Made by a program: the position numbers and the translations under genes
In this document: in pieces, positions 1 through 10,032 of the stretch
How the letters are laid out: each line of letters opens with the position of its first letter
Numbering within the stretch: the stretch's first letter is position 1
NCBI GenBank assembly: GCA_963749495.1
Contig: CAVVMW010000021.1
Location: 512,001-576,000 of the forward strand
DNA: 64,000 bases
Direction of reading: 5' to 3'
Source: an uncultured bacterium
GTDB lineage: Bacteria > Verrucomicrobiota > Verrucomicrobiia > Limisphaerales > UBA8199
The notes under the pieces: model-generated
What the model saw: the letters and a program-made list of their open reading frames with translations, nothing else
The model's database searches: none
Told to the model about the DNA's origin: nothing

Positions 1-863
1 CCGACGTAGGGCAGTCCGAGTTGGTCAATCAAGCCGAAGTTGTCCTCGGAGTTGTTGCCCTTATCGAAGATGAGCGTCGGTTTGACCGTGGCCCAGGTCG
101 AACCGGCCCGCTCCACCAGCCAGCGCTGAAACCTCGCCAGCACTTGCGGGAACTCCTTGGCGTCGTTGCGGTTGCCCTCATAGACCTCGTAAAAGAGCGG
201 CAACTGCCCGTCGGTGGAGCAGAACAGGGCATAGCTGACTTGCCGCAGATTGCACCGGCCCTGCTTGTTCTTGCCGCGTTTGGCGACTTGGCACTTGAGG
301 TTGAAGGTGTCGATGAAGGTGTAGAAGTTGGTGCCGTCATAACAAATCTGCGAGAGCGGGATTTGCTCCCGCTGCAGGACGCCGCCGATGAGTTGCTGCC
401 AGATGGCCTGGGCGGTGAGCGGCTCGATGCGGTCCATGTGATCCCAGAAGCGCTGGGAGGTCAATTGCGCCGCCGACGCCTCGGGCCATAAACGCGCCAG
501 GCAGGTGCGGCCAAGCCAATCCCACATCGCCTGCTTGCTGACCGGGTCGTAGGCACGGTTGATGGCCGCCAGGCGGATGTAGTCGCCGGTGCTCAGTCCC
601 TGGTCGCGCTTGGGGCATAGTTGATCGACCAGTTCGGCAACCCGGGCACGGCGCGTTTCCTGCCAGAGGGCCAGCGGCAGGGCCCAGTCGAGCACCTGGG
701 CGTATTGGGGAGGGGGGCCGGTGCCCGCAACGGCTTGCGCGATATCCTCGGCTTTGCCGAGGTATCTTTGGGAGAGGCGGCGGCATTTGCCGTTTTTCCA
801 ACCCCAGAGGGAGAGATAGTAGTAGGTGTGGCCATGAATGTTTTTGGCTTCGAGGCGATGCAT
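1..863 (-). mobile_element. IS1634-family DDE transposase, 5' part (runs off left edge of window)
   Basis: Manual translation from ATG at 863 is open to position 1: MHRLEAKNIHGHTYYYLS...KRDQGLSTGDYIRLAAINRAYDPVSK...LTSQRFWDHMD...CYDGTNFYTFID...KRGKNKQGRCNLRQV...LPLFYEVYEGNRNDAKEF...LIFDKGNNS. The YDxTN, GxxKxxRxDLxQ-like and FDKG motifs are typical of IS1634. It is absent from the ORF track because it has no stop in the window. Confidence 0.85.
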
Positions 864-1029
864 AGCGCGCCGGACATGCGACGCGCATATTCAGGGCATA
901 GTTACAGAAGATTGTCAAGCACAATATCTCATTTCATAGGGAAATATTGACGGTATCTGGGCTTGTGTTTTAGGGCATAGTGAGGAGGACGCGCAAACAT
1001 TTGGGTCAGAAGGCCTTACACAGAATGGG

Positions 1030-1374
1030 CTATGCTAACTCGTAAACTGGGGCTAGGCTCTGGCGGCCCGTCGGGCCGCGACGAGGCGCACGCCGGTATT
1101 GGCCGGCCAAGAGGTCGGTCACCCTGCAACCTGAATCGGCGGCGCTGCGGGCATATTTGGCATCCTCCAGTTCCAGTTCTTGGCCTTTGTGCTCGGCCCA
1201 TTCCTGGGCAAACGGCTTGTCACCGCGCTTGCGTTTGAGCAGGCCGAAACCGCGCCGGATGGCCCCCTTGCTGACTGGCTGGAGGAGAATCCCCTCCGGC
1301 GTGGCCTGAATGACGGCCTTGGTTCCACCCTCGACATTGGAAAGCCGGAGCGCTTGCGCGTGCCGGTCCCGCAA
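1030..1374 (-). pseudogene. AbrB/MazE-type antitoxin fragment (N-terminus degenerate)
   Basis: GTKAVIQATPEGILLQPV...GFGLLKRKRGDKPFAQEWAEHK resembles the C-terminal half of AbrB/SpoVT-family antitoxins. The expected N-terminal 'KGQxxIP' motif is missing. Confidence 0.5.
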
Positions 1375-1388
1375 TGTACTCTTGAGCC

Positions 1389-1607
1389 ATGCTTGATTGG
1401 AGTCAGTGTGCGGCCGTCGAACGGACGCCGGGGAAGGTCAGCGGCGCCTGGGTTTTCAAAGACACCCGGGTGCCGGTTAAGGCCCTATTCGAAAACCTGG
1501 AAGATGGCGCGCGGGTGGATGATTTCCTGGAGTGGTTCCCGGGGGTGACTCGCGAGCAGGCGGAGGCGGTTCTGCGCCACGCCGAACAGAGCCTGGCTGC
1601 CGCCTGA
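1389..1607 (+). CDS. DUF433 family protein (putative antitoxin)
   Basis: 72 aa; PGKVSGAWVFKDTRVPVKALFENLEDG...FLEWFPGVTREQ matches the DUF433 pattern. Confidence 0.85.
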   Translation: MLDWSQCAAVERTPGKVSGAWVFKDTRVPVKALFENLEDGARVDDFLEWFPGVTREQAEAVLRHAEQSLAAA

Positions 1608-1634
1608 AGCCGGCAGCAGCCCCCGCCAACACCG

Positions 1635-1655
1635 ATGAAGATTCTCTTCGACTAG
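1635..1655 (+). pseudogene. Six-codon stub (MKILFD*) of a DUF5615/PIN-like toxin
   Basis: ATGAAGATTCTCTTCGACTAG lies 28 nt after the DUF433 stop. MKILFD is the usual start of the PIN-like partners of DUF433. Confidence 0.5.
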
Positions 1656-1656
1656 C

Positions 1657-2403
1657 TCAGTACCATTTGCGGAGGCGGACATCGATGCCGAGGGCGGGGT
1701 CGAGGCGCTGTTTGAAGAGGGCGGCATTGGCGGTCGAGCCGGCCTGGTCGCGGTAATGGTAGGGATAGACGATCTTGGGGCGGAAGGCGGCGACGGCGCT
1801 GACGGCGTCGTTGACGGTCATGGTGTAGGGCTGGTTCATGCAGACGAAGGCGACATCAATGTTCGCGAGTTGGCGCATTTCCGGGATGCTGCCGGTATCG
1901 CCGCTGATGTAGATGCGTTTGCCGCCGAGCGTGAGGACATAGCCGTTGCCGGTCCCCTTGGGGTGATACGTGTTGTAGGCCGGCACGGCCTCGACGGTCA
2001 TGCCGAGCACGTTGGTGAGGGCGCCGTTTGCGAGGACGCCGGCGGCGAGTTTCTGGGCAGCCGTGAGTCCCTTGTAAGTGGCCTGAGGGGCGAGGATCAG
2101 TACGTTGGCCCCGCGGACGGCATCAATTGTGGCAGTGCTGAAGTGATCCCCATGAGAATGGGTCACGAGGATCAGGTCCGCCTTGGGCAGGCCCGTGTAC
2201 GTGGCTGAGCCCACAGGATCGCAGTAAATGGTCTTGTCATTCCAGCTCAGGACGAACGTGGCGTGGTTGAGGGGGTAGATTAGCACGTCGCCATTGGTGG
2301 TGGCGATGCGGTCGGCAGCCAATTGCGGCGCGGCATGCACCTGGACACCGCCACAGACCAAGGAGAGTACCAAGCAGAACCGCAGGAAGTGTAGAGTTTT
2401 CAT
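1657..2403 (-). CDS. MBL-fold metallo-hydrolase, secreted
   Basis: Signal peptide (MKTLHFLRFCLVLSLVCGGVQVHA), THSHGDH metal motif, YISGDT, PYHY. Start taken at ATG 2403. Confidence 0.85.
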   Translation of the reverse strand: MKTLHFLRFCLVLSLVCGGVQVHAAPQLAADRIATTNGDVLIYPLNHATFVLSWNDKTIYCDPVGSATYTGLPKADLILVTHSHGDHFSTATIDAVRGANVLILAPQATYKGLTAAQKLAAGVLANGALTNVLGMTVEAVPAYNTYHPKGTGNGYVLTLGGKRIYISGDTGSIPEMRQLANIDVAFVCMNQPYTMTVNDAVSAVAAFRPKIVYPYHYRDQAGSTANAALFKQRLDPALGIDVRLRKWY

Positions 2404-2492
2404 AATCTGTGTTGTGGACGAGCGGGAGCCTAACAGGGCGCGAGCAAGAAGGAAAGCCAGAAAGCCCCGCCATCCTCGCCTAAAGCTTTTTT

Positions 2493-2561
2493 GAGAACCA
2501 CGGAACACACGGAACACACGGAAAAAGGCCCCTTTCCGTGTATTCCGGTTCCGTGGTTCTC
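2493..2561. repeat. Hairpin whose arms are 9-bp tandem repeats (CACGGAACA)n ... (TTCCGTG)
   Basis: gagaaccacggaacacacggaacacacggaaa...tttccgtgtattccggttccgtggttctc. Confidence 0.7.
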
Positions 2562-2580
2562 TAGGCGTCGTTTTGGGCCC

Positions 2581-5500
2581 TCACGGTGTGGACAGGCGGT
2601 AGAAGCGCGGGGGAGAGGAGGGCGCAAGGTCATCGGTGACTTCCTGGAGACAAGCGGCGGGGCTGGCGGGCACGGTGGTGAGCACTTGCCATGAGCCGGC
2701 CTGCAGGCTCGGGCTCCAATAGACGGTGTAGGCCTGCCCCGCGGCGGCCTGAAACCGCAAGCGGAGCCGGGTCCCCTCGATCGAAGCGGTGCTGAAGGCC
2801 GGGCGAAGGATAGCGGGCGAGCCGGGCGTGCCTCCGCTGACCAGGCTGGCCTGCCAATTATGCGGGTCGTTGTAATCGCCGTTGACATCGAGCACTTCCA
2901 GGGAACTGCCGCCTCCATCGGCGGCCGCCAGCCAGTCAACGCCGGCGGGGAGGTTGAAATCCTGAATCACGTTGTTCCACGCATCCACCAACTGCACTTG
3001 CTGCCCCGCCGCCAGATGCCCCTTGTAGGCGCCGGCCACAGGCAGGGCCGCCCCGTAGCGGAACACGAAGGCGGACTTTTTGGCCACGACGAGCAGGCGC
3101 TGGTCTGGGGCCAGGCTGCTAATCGCCGCCGTGGAGAAGTCGAATGTGACGCCGGCGGTGAACCGCACTCCCACGAGCGAGAGATTGGTCGGGCCGATGT
3201 TCAACAATTCGATGAAGGCGAAATCGTCGGCGCTGGCGAAACCGGCCGCCAGTTCGGGGGCGGTCGGCAGCGGAGGATGGTACATGAGTTCGGTGATGCG
3301 CAGATAGTCCCGCTGGGCGAGCGCGGAGACACTCGTGGTGGCGGCGATGGCGGCCTGGCCGACGGCAGCGCCGCGATAGTCGTAGGCCACCAGTTGCAGG
3401 AAATTGCTGCCGGCCGCCAGCGGGACGACCGCCTGCCAGTTCTGGTCGTCCAGCCAGGTGACCGGGAGCAGGTTGGTCGTCCCGGCCAGACCGATGTCGC
3501 GCACGTTAATCCAGCCGCGGCCAGTCACGGTGACCGTGGGAGTGTTGACCGTGAGGTTGCTGCCCCCGTTGGAGGTGATGGCAAACGGGAACTGCGGCGC
3601 GAGTTGGCTCCGGACGGCGGCGCCGCGCGCCTGGGCGTAGCCCGGAACGAAGCTGTAATCCACGCCGGTGACATCGGAGAAATGCCGGGCCCAGCGCGTC
3701 AGGTAGGCGCTGTTAAAAACTGAATTCACCAGGTCCAGCAAGTGGCCCTGGTAAAGGCGGCGATAGCCCGGCAGTTGCAAAATCCGGTAGATGTTGTTCT
3801 TGCCGTAAATCGAGGCGGTCGGAGACATCTGCCAGGCAAATCCCCAATCGTTCTGGAGCGCCACGATGCGCCCGTCATCCGACCGGGCATAGAAGGCCAC
3901 ATTGTGCGGATTGTCCTCGCCATAGATGTCGGTGACGCCGATGAGCATCTGGAGCGCAAAATAGCGAGCCCATTCATCCACATCGATGGCGGCGGCGGCC
4001 GCCTGCTGCAGCGCCGCTGCGCTCTGGCTGAAGGCCTTGCCCATCGCGACGACCCGCGAGTAATCGTCGCGGGCGCGCTGGTTCAGGATCAACACGCTCC
4101 AGCGGTATTGCTCCGGGTCGTCGCCCAGGTCCGTGATGTCGTAGTTCCAGACAAAATTGACAGGCTGGGGCAGCTTGTAGCCCTCGGGCGTGCCATCATC
4201 GGTGGTCTCATAAACGCGGATGCCCTCCAGCTTGAAGGCGGTGCCGTCGTTAGCGTTCTCGAACTGGGAATCGATGTAGGTGTTGTCGTAGTTGGCCAGA
4301 ACGAGGGTGGCAAAGCCCACATTATCCGGCCGGTGGCTCACGAGGTAAACCACGTCGTTGTAGTTTGCGGGCAGGCCCCCGGCCTGGTTGAGGATGTGCC
4401 GGACCAGGTTGGCGCCCAGGTCGCTGCGGCGGACGATGACCGAGCCACGGGAGCCGCGAAACAGATGGTCGGCGGGAAACTCCACCACAAGGCCGGTGGA
4501 CGAGGCGTCGGGCCGGCTGAACATGCTGCCGTGGAGGCGGATGTGGGCGTCGTAAAAGACCTCGCGCTCGTTGTGGACGGCCGTGCAACCCATGGGATCA
4601 TCGCTCATGAGGTTGACCGTGTCATGGAGCAGGGCCGCATCGGCGGGCGTCATGATCGTGCGGAGGGTCTGTTTGCCGGCCACCAGTTGGGGTCCCTGGA
4701 CCTTGATCAAGGCCCGCGAGTTGGTCCCGCCCGCCGGATAATCCGAGGTCGCGCCCAGAAGGTCGGCGCCTCGGACGAAGAACTGAATGACCGAACCTGA
4801 AGGCTGGGCAGGAATCGTGGCCGTGTAGGTGGCAGGGCTTGAATTGGACGCACCCATGGACACGGTCTGCCAGAGGGCGCCGTTGACCGCGTAATGCAGC
4901 GTCAGCCCGGCCACGCCGTCGGGGTCGGCAGCGCAGACGCTCAGGGCGATGTTGTCGGTCGGGACGGGCGCCACGGGCGAGTGCTGGAGCCGGGAGTAGG
5001 TGGGGCCGGCGTTGGCCAGGAAGGTCGAGTTGCGCCGTCCAGGCGTGCCGCAACCGGACGGCTGGTCCAGCAGCGTGGTCGCGGCCACTTTGTTGTAATA
5101 GAGCTCGGTGTGGAGTTGGGGCGAACCGGCCAGCCACTTGGCATCGAAAGAGACCTCGTAGTTGTGCCCGGCAACGACCGGCACCAGGGCGCCGCCTGCC
5201 TTGAGCGTGGTCTCCAGTTGGTTCTCCAGGTAGCTCATCGGGCCGGTCGCCACCAGGTGCAAGACCGGGCTGGACGGGGCATCGGGGCTCGGTTCCACGA
5301 ACGAGTGTTTATGGTTGCCGACCAGGCGCCACTTGGCCGTGCCCGAGGCAAAGTTGGTGTTTTGGAGCAACTGCCGCGGCGGCGCGCCGGCCGGCAGTTC
5401 GAGGACACTGACATTGTCCAGGAGCGCCTCCCCTTCTGCGAGCAGGCCGAGGCGCAATTCGTCAAAGGAGTAGATATTGGGTGAATAGACCGGTTGGATG

Positions 5501-8169
5501 GCCTGGGCGCGAAAGCTGTAGTGCCGCCAGGCGGTTTTGGAGCTTTCGATGCTCGAGGCCCAGGACTCGGGAACGGAGTTGTCGGCCCGCGGGTCGCGCA
5601 GTTCGAGGCTGGAGCCGCCGCCGTCGGTGTAAGCGGGCCAGGGAAAGGCGGCGTAATAAGTCACTTGGTTGGCGGGGTTGCCTTGGGCATCGAGCAGAAG
5701 GATGTGCGCCCCACGATGGGAGAGTTTGCCGGCGAAATCTCCAAGCACCGTGATGTCGGGGTATTGGGCTTGGAGCGCGGCGCCATGGTTGGCGATGACC
5801 AGGTAGGCGTCCGGGTCGAGCACCGTATTGCTGGGGAAAGAGAAGGTGATGGCGTCTGCCAGTTGCCAGCCGGTCAGATCCACCGGCACGCTGGAACGGT
5901 TGTAGAGTTCGATCCACTGCTCGTCGTTTTTGCTCATCAGCGGCGGCACCAGGTTGGTGGCATAGCTCGGGGCATGCTGGTAGAGGATTTCGTTGATGAC
6001 GATTTCATCGTGAAGCGCAAACTGGTTGGGGGCGCCCGGGGTCGGCGCAGACGGATAGAGCCAGGGGCCCGCCGGGCTGGACGGGAGCCGGCCGAGCAGC
6101 CGGTCCGCCACCTTGACGCCATCGAGCACGTTTTGGCTGGAGCCAACCAGGAAGAGCTTGTCGCCGGCCCGCGCGCCGAAGCCCAGGTCGTTCGTGCCGA
6201 GCGTTAGAAAGGCCCCCGGGCCGAGTGTCCGAGCCCCCAGCAGACACCTGCCGCCGGCACTGGAAAGGACGCAGCACCCGGCCAACGCCACGTCCGTGCT
6301 CCCGCGGTTGAACAACTCGACAAAGAACGACGGGCTGTCCGCGGCAGCAACCTCGTTGAAGGCCAGCGCGTCCTGCCCGGGGACCGGCGGCGCCCCGACG
6401 GCCGACAGCTCAGCCGTGAGCAGGAAGTCCGGGTCGGCAGCGGCGGCGTTCAGGGCCTGGAAGGCCAGCACATTGCGGCCGGGCGCAAGGGTCGCGGCCA
6501 GGGCGCTCAGGTCGATGGTCTCGGCGCAAAACACGGCTGTGGCGGCGCGGTTGGTGACCGCGCTCGAGTTCCAGGCCAAGGTCTGCGGGGCGTTGCGCCG
6601 GGCGATTTCGGCGCCGTTGAGGTAGGCGACGAACCCGTCGTCGTACTGAACCGTCAGGGTCAACCGCTGGTAGCCCGCGCCCGCGGGCACAGTGAAAAGC
6701 AGGCGCAGGTACAACGAGCTATTGGTTCCAAACATGGCGGATTGCACGTCCGTGCCGATCAGGCCGCCATAACCATTGAGCATCCAGGGCGGCGTCCCGG
6801 CGGCCAGCCGGGCGATGTCAGCCGGGGCGAGCACGCCCTGCCAGATGCCCACCTCATCGAGCCGGCCGCGGAAAAAGTTCGGCGTGTGGCCCGAGTCGGT
6901 GCCGAGCCGCCACTGGTTGCCGCCGCCCCACAGGGTGCCAATGGTCACGCTGGGGCCGCTGGGCACGCCGTTGACATAGATGCGCATGGGGCCGCCGTTG
7001 GTGGCTGTGGCGGCGAGGCGGTACCAGACCCCCGGCTTGACGACATTGGTGGCGGCAACCGAGCGGATGCTGCCGTCCCAGACGTAGTGCTCGAATTGGC
7101 CTGAGGAATTGATGCGCAATTGATGCGACCAATCCACGTCGGGACCGCTTCCGTCGGTCCGGACCAGCAGGCTGCACGGGCGGAGCAGGTCCACACACGC
7201 CCACAAGGCGAGGGTGTAACCGGCGGGATTAACCGGGTCGCCCACCTGGACCTGGCTGGAGGAGCCGTCGAACTGGAGCGATTGGCCGCCCCCCACGGCG
7301 GGTGGAACGTTGGTGGAGAACTGGGCGCCCAGGTTCTGTGCATCAAAGCCGTGGCCCGAGACATCGGTCAGGTTGCCATCGAACGAATAGGCGCGCGCGA
7401 CCGGCAGCGCGCTGGACTCGCCCCCCCGGGCATCGAACCCAATGGCGGCCTGGCCGGCTGCCCAGGAACCGTCGTCGAAACCAGGCAGCGTCCAGGATTG
7501 GCCAAGCGAATCGTCGCCAGGCACCAGCCAGCGCCCGGCTGAGCCCGGTGTGAGCCATTCTTCGACGGTAGGACCACTGGATTGGAGCTCAGGGAAATTG
7601 GGCGCTCCGGGCGTGCCGCCGGTCTGAGGGCTCGCGCGCCAATTGGCCCCCGGGCTGCTCGAGGTCAATGGGTCGCGCTTGGCCAGAGAGGCGCCCGAGC
7701 CGTCGGCGGCCACGGGCCAGGGCCAGTCGCTGCCGAAAGTCAGTTCGTCCAGGAGCCGATTGTTGTGGTTGCGAAGGCGCAGCACCTGGCCGGGATCGTC
7801 CAGGTTCCCGGCGAAGGGTCCGAACACGTTGGTGGCGCCGCTGGCCGCCTGCAACGCGGCGGGATTGGCCGCGACGAGCGCGAAGCCGCCAGCAGCAAGA
7901 ATCGTGTTGGTCGGAAATCGGTAGTTAATTGCGCCCTCAATCTGCCAGTTTGAGATCTCGATGTCCTCGGACATCTGGTTGTAGAGCTCGACCCATTCCA
8001 TGGCCGGGTCGCCGCCCGCCGGGTGGTACATGATCTCGTTGAACGCGATGATCGAGTCCGCCGCCGTGGTGGTGTCGGGCTGCGAGAACAACGTGTCGGC
8101 CGCCGCCGCATCCAGGAGACCGAACGCAAGGGCCAGCGCGAAGGCAGAGGTCGTGATCGCTCTTTGCAC
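2581..8169 (-). CDS. Large exoprotein: multiple lamin-tail (LTD) domains, LamG, CotH-kinase-like domain, C-terminal FYRL-type domain
   Basis: Repeated LTD motifs (FNEIMYHP...EWVELYN; INEILYQH...QWIELYN; RITELMYHP...FIELLN; AADGxGxSL...GTPG). LamG region (FFRGRLDEVGIW). CotH-like IDVDEWARYFA...NPHN...DWGFAW. Ends PRFYRLSTP. Start placed at GTG 8169 before a hydrophobic signal peptide; exact start uncertain. Confidence 0.8.
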   Translation of the reverse strand: MQRAITTSAFALALAFGLLDAAAADTLFSQPDTTTAADSIIAFNEIMYHPAGGDPAMEWVELYNQMSEDIEISNWQIEGAINYRFPTNTILAAGGFALVAANPAALQAASGATNVFGPFAGNLDDPGQVLRLRNHNNRLLDELTFGSDWPWPVAADGSGASLAKRDPLTSSSPGANWRASPQTGGTPGAPNFPELQSSGPTVEEWLTPGSAGRWLVPGDDSLGQSWTLPGFDDGSWAAGQAAIGFDARGGESSALPVARAYSFDGNLTDVSGHGFDAQNLGAQFSTNVPPAVGGGQSLQFDGSSSQVQVGDPVNPAGYTLALWACVDLLRPCSLLVRTDGSGPDVDWSHQLRINSSGQFEHYVWDGSIRSVAATNVVKPGVWYRLAATATNGGPMRIYVNGVPSGPSVTIGTLWGGGNQWRLGTDSGHTPNFFRGRLDEVGIWQGVLAPADIARLAAGTPPWMLNGYGGLIGTDVQSAMFGTNSSLYLRLLFTVPAGAGYQRLTLTVQYDDGFVAYLNGAEIARRNAPQTLAWNSSAVTNRAATAVFCAETIDLSALAATLAPGRNVLAFQALNAAAADPDFLLTAELSAVGAPPVPGQDALAFNEVAAADSPSFFVELFNRGSTDVALAGCCVLSSAGGRCLLGARTLGPGAFLTLGTNDLGFGARAGDKLFLVGSSQNVLDGVKVADRLLGRLPSSPAGPWLYPSAPTPGAPNQFALHDEIVINEILYQHAPSYATNLVPPLMSKNDEQWIELYNRSSVPVDLTGWQLADAITFSFPSNTVLDPDAYLVIANHGAALQAQYPDITVLGDFAGKLSHRGAHILLLDAQGNPANQVTYYAAFPWPAYTDGGGSSLELRDPRADNSVPESWASSIESSKTAWRHYSFRAQAIQPVYSPNIYSFDELRLGLLAEGEALLDNVSVLELPAGAPPRQLLQNTNFASGTAKWRLVGNHKHSFVEPSPDAPSSPVLHLVATGPMSYLENQLETTLKAGGALVPVVAGHNYEVSFDAKWLAGSPQLHTELYYNKVAATTLLDQPSGCGTPGRRNSTFLANAGPTYSRLQHSPVAPVPTDNIALSVCAADPDGVAGLTLHYAVNGALWQTVSMGASNSSPATYTATIPAQPSGSVIQFFVRGADLLGATSDYPAGGTNSRALIKVQGPQLVAGKQTLRTIMTPADAALLHDTVNLMSDDPMGCTAVHNEREVFYDAHIRLHGSMFSRPDASSTGLVVEFPADHLFRGSRGSVIVRRSDLGANLVRHILNQAGGLPANYNDVVYLVSHRPDNVGFATLVLANYDNTYIDSQFENANDGTAFKLEGIRVYETTDDGTPEGYKLPQPVNFVWNYDITDLGDDPEQYRWSVLILNQRARDDYSRVVAMGKAFSQSAAALQQAAAAAIDVDEWARYFALQMLIGVTDIYGEDNPHNVAFYARSDDGRIVALQNDWGFAWQMSPTASIYGKNNIYRILQLPGYRRLYQGHLLDLVNSVFNSAYLTRWARHFSDVTGVDYSFVPGYAQARGAAVRSQLAPQFPFAITSNGGSNLTVNTPTVTVTGRGWINVRDIGLAGTTNLLPVTWLDDQNWQAVVPLAAGSNFLQLVAYDYRGAAVGQAAIAATTSVSALAQRDYLRITELMYHPPLPTAPELAAGFASADDFAFIELLNIGPTNLSLVGVRFTAGVTFDFSTAAISSLAPDQRLLVVAKKSAFVFRYGAALPVAGAYKGHLAAGQQVQLVDAWNNVIQDFNLPAGVDWLAAADGGGSSLEVLDVNGDYNDPHNWQASLVSGGTPGSPAILRPAFSTASIEGTRLRLRFQAAAGQAYTVYWSPSLQAGSWQVLTTVPASPAACLQEVTDDLAPSSPPRFYRLSTP

Positions 8170-8217
8170 AAAGGCTCGGCGGTTATTGGGGAATCCGTGG
8201 GATGCACTCCAGAGGGA

Positions 8218-8660
8218 CGACCCCGCACCCCGGCCCTCTGCCCATCCCCGATTGGATCGGGGCAAGCGGGCGGGGAGAGGGAGGACCGCCGACCCTCTGT
8301 CGAAGAATCCCGGCGCGTTGGAACTTGGGAGAGCCGGGCTTTGCTTCTCCCCCGCCCCGTCCGACGGGCAGAGGGCCGGGGTGAGGGGCAAGCGGTCCAA
8401 GTCATCCCGGAGGGATGAAAGACGGTAGCCGGGGGTCGAAGCGGGGCGAGACCCCCGGTCCAGCGACGCTGGGGGTCGGCATCCCGGAGGGATGCCAGAG
8501 GGTAGCTCAAGCCAGGGCTGCAGGTCTCTGGCACCCCTTCCGGGGTGCGCGATCCTGCCTGCCGTGGACCGGGGGTTGCGGCGCCGCCGCGACCCCCGGC
8601 TACCCTCTGGCAACCCTCCGGGTTGCGCCGCGCGACGGCGGGGGCGGGAACCCCTCGCCT
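8218..8660. repeat. Cluster of REP-like palindromic elements
   Basis: Contains ccccgcaccccggccctctgccc/gggcagagggccggggtgagggg inverted arms and repeated catcccggagggatg palindromes. Confidence 0.65.
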
Positions 8661-8696
8661 GAGGGCTGATCTGAGATGGAGCCCCGCGCACTGTCG

Positions 8697-9458
8697 TCAC
8701 CACCAGGTAAAAGTAGGGTCGGGCGCGGTATTCCAAAACGCAGAGCTGTCTGCGGGAGCGGCATCCGGGATGGTTGGAAACTTGAATCCGAACGAGTGGC
8801 CATCGCCATAGAGCATATTGACCAGACTCTTGCCCTGGTAGTTATGCCAGGCGCTTTTGGGGTCTGTCCAACCCCGATTGGGGTGCCAAATCCAGTCCCC
8901 GAGGATGATCTTGTTTGCCGGGCTGCGGGCAATTTCCGCGCCGGTCATCAACCTGCCACTGGGTTGGCCACGGGCGCTGGGGTCGGAGTTTCCGAAGACC
9001 TGCTTGACGCGCGCGAAGTCTGTCGCCCATTCGATCAAGTAACTGGTGCCGTACTGGGCCCAGCAGTTGGTGCAGTTAATGCCGACCCAAATGATGCCGT
9101 CCACGTCGCCTTTATCGGCCGGGCAATGGAACACCTCGACGTTGGCTTCATAGCCCCAGAGAGGCCGGTTCGTCGCCCAGGTCCAGAAATCGTACTTGCC
9201 GCTCTGTCCACCCAATGCGTCCCAGTCCGGGCACAGCGGCTCCGTGTCCCTGTTGTCCATCATATAGCACGCCAGGGCGACACCGATCTGATGCGTGTTG
9301 TTCAGGCATTGGATCCGTTTGGCCTTGGCCTTGGCCCGCGATAGGGCGGGCAGAATCATGGCGGCCAGGATGGCGATGATGGCGATCACCACCAGCAATT
9401 CGATCAGAGTAAAAGCCCACCGGGCCTGACGGAGCGGCGCAGGTTGCGGCATCATCAT
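8697..9458 (-). CDS. Prepilin-type N-terminal cleavage/methylation protein with H-X-DG C-terminal motif (DUF1559-like)
   Basis: [45 protein letters not shown]...NMLYGDGH. Confidence 0.9.
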   Translation of the reverse strand: MMMPQPAPLRQARWAFTLIELLVVIAIIAILAAMILPALSRAKAKAKRIQCLNNTHQIGVALACYMMDNRDTEPLCPDWDALGGQSGKYDFWTWATNRPLWGYEANVEVFHCPADKGDVDGIIWVGINCTNCWAQYGTSYLIEWATDFARVKQVFGNSDPSARGQPSGRLMTGAEIARSPANKIILGDWIWHPNRGWTDPKSAWHNYQGKSLVNMLYGDGHSFGFKFPTIPDAAPADSSAFWNTAPDPTFTWW

Positions 9459-9557
9459 TATCTGGTTTGACTCGGAAAAGCATACCATACGCGCGCGCTC
9501 TATGGCAATGCCTGGATTCACAATTGGATGTCTGGCGTCACAAGGCCGGGTTCCGAA

Positions 9558-9637
9558 CCTTTGTCGCAGCCTTTGTCGAAAACCTTTGTCGAAAAATGGT
9601 CAAACCGACAAAGGCTGCGACAAAGGCCGCGACAAAG
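9558..9637. repeat. Hairpin with 12-bp tandem-repeat arms (CCTTTGTCGnnn)3 ... (nnnCGACAAAGG)3
   Basis: Directly visible. The same family occurs at 14998-15077 and 36314-36407. Confidence 0.85.
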
Positions 9638-9701
9638 TTCTCCAATAGCCGGCGTTCTCGGCCAGGCGCCCGTGACCAATCGCCTCAGGTAACGGATCAG
9701 G

Positions 9702-9817
9702 CGTGGGGCGGACCTCTGGTCTGCCGGTTGGAGGGGCCTCTGGCCCCGAGCGTCGCAACCGCAAGGGACACGGAGCCGGAGGCTCCGTGAACCGGCAGAC
9801 CAGAGGTCTGCCCCACG
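9702..9817. repeat. REP-like long palindrome
   Basis: cgtggggcggacctctggtctgccggtt ... aaccggcagaccagaggtctgccccacg. Confidence 0.75.
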
Positions 9818-10032
9818 TATCCCCACCTGAACAGTCGCCGCCTCAGCGACCGTGCAGAGCGACGGCTGCAGCGTGGCCTTGGCCCCTCGGCCCCCGGCGG
9901 ACCGGGCTTGGCGGGGAAGGACCTTCGGCAACTGCGCCAGATGTTCAGGCTCGGAGGAGGTGAGCCGCCAGATCCGGGCAAGGCCCTGCCCTGGCCGGTA
10001 TGGCCGGGGCAGGGCCGCCCATGGGCCTCTGA

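Noticed and set aside
8170..8736. N-terminal ~190 aa of the 2051-aa ORF
   Set aside because: It overlaps the upstream gene and crosses REP-like palindromes; the signal peptide starts near 8169.
9518..10032. C-terminal extension of the 1151-aa ORF
   Set aside because: It reads through palindromic repeats; a frame-shifted YYRLSTH* end at 10033 matches neighbouring proteins.
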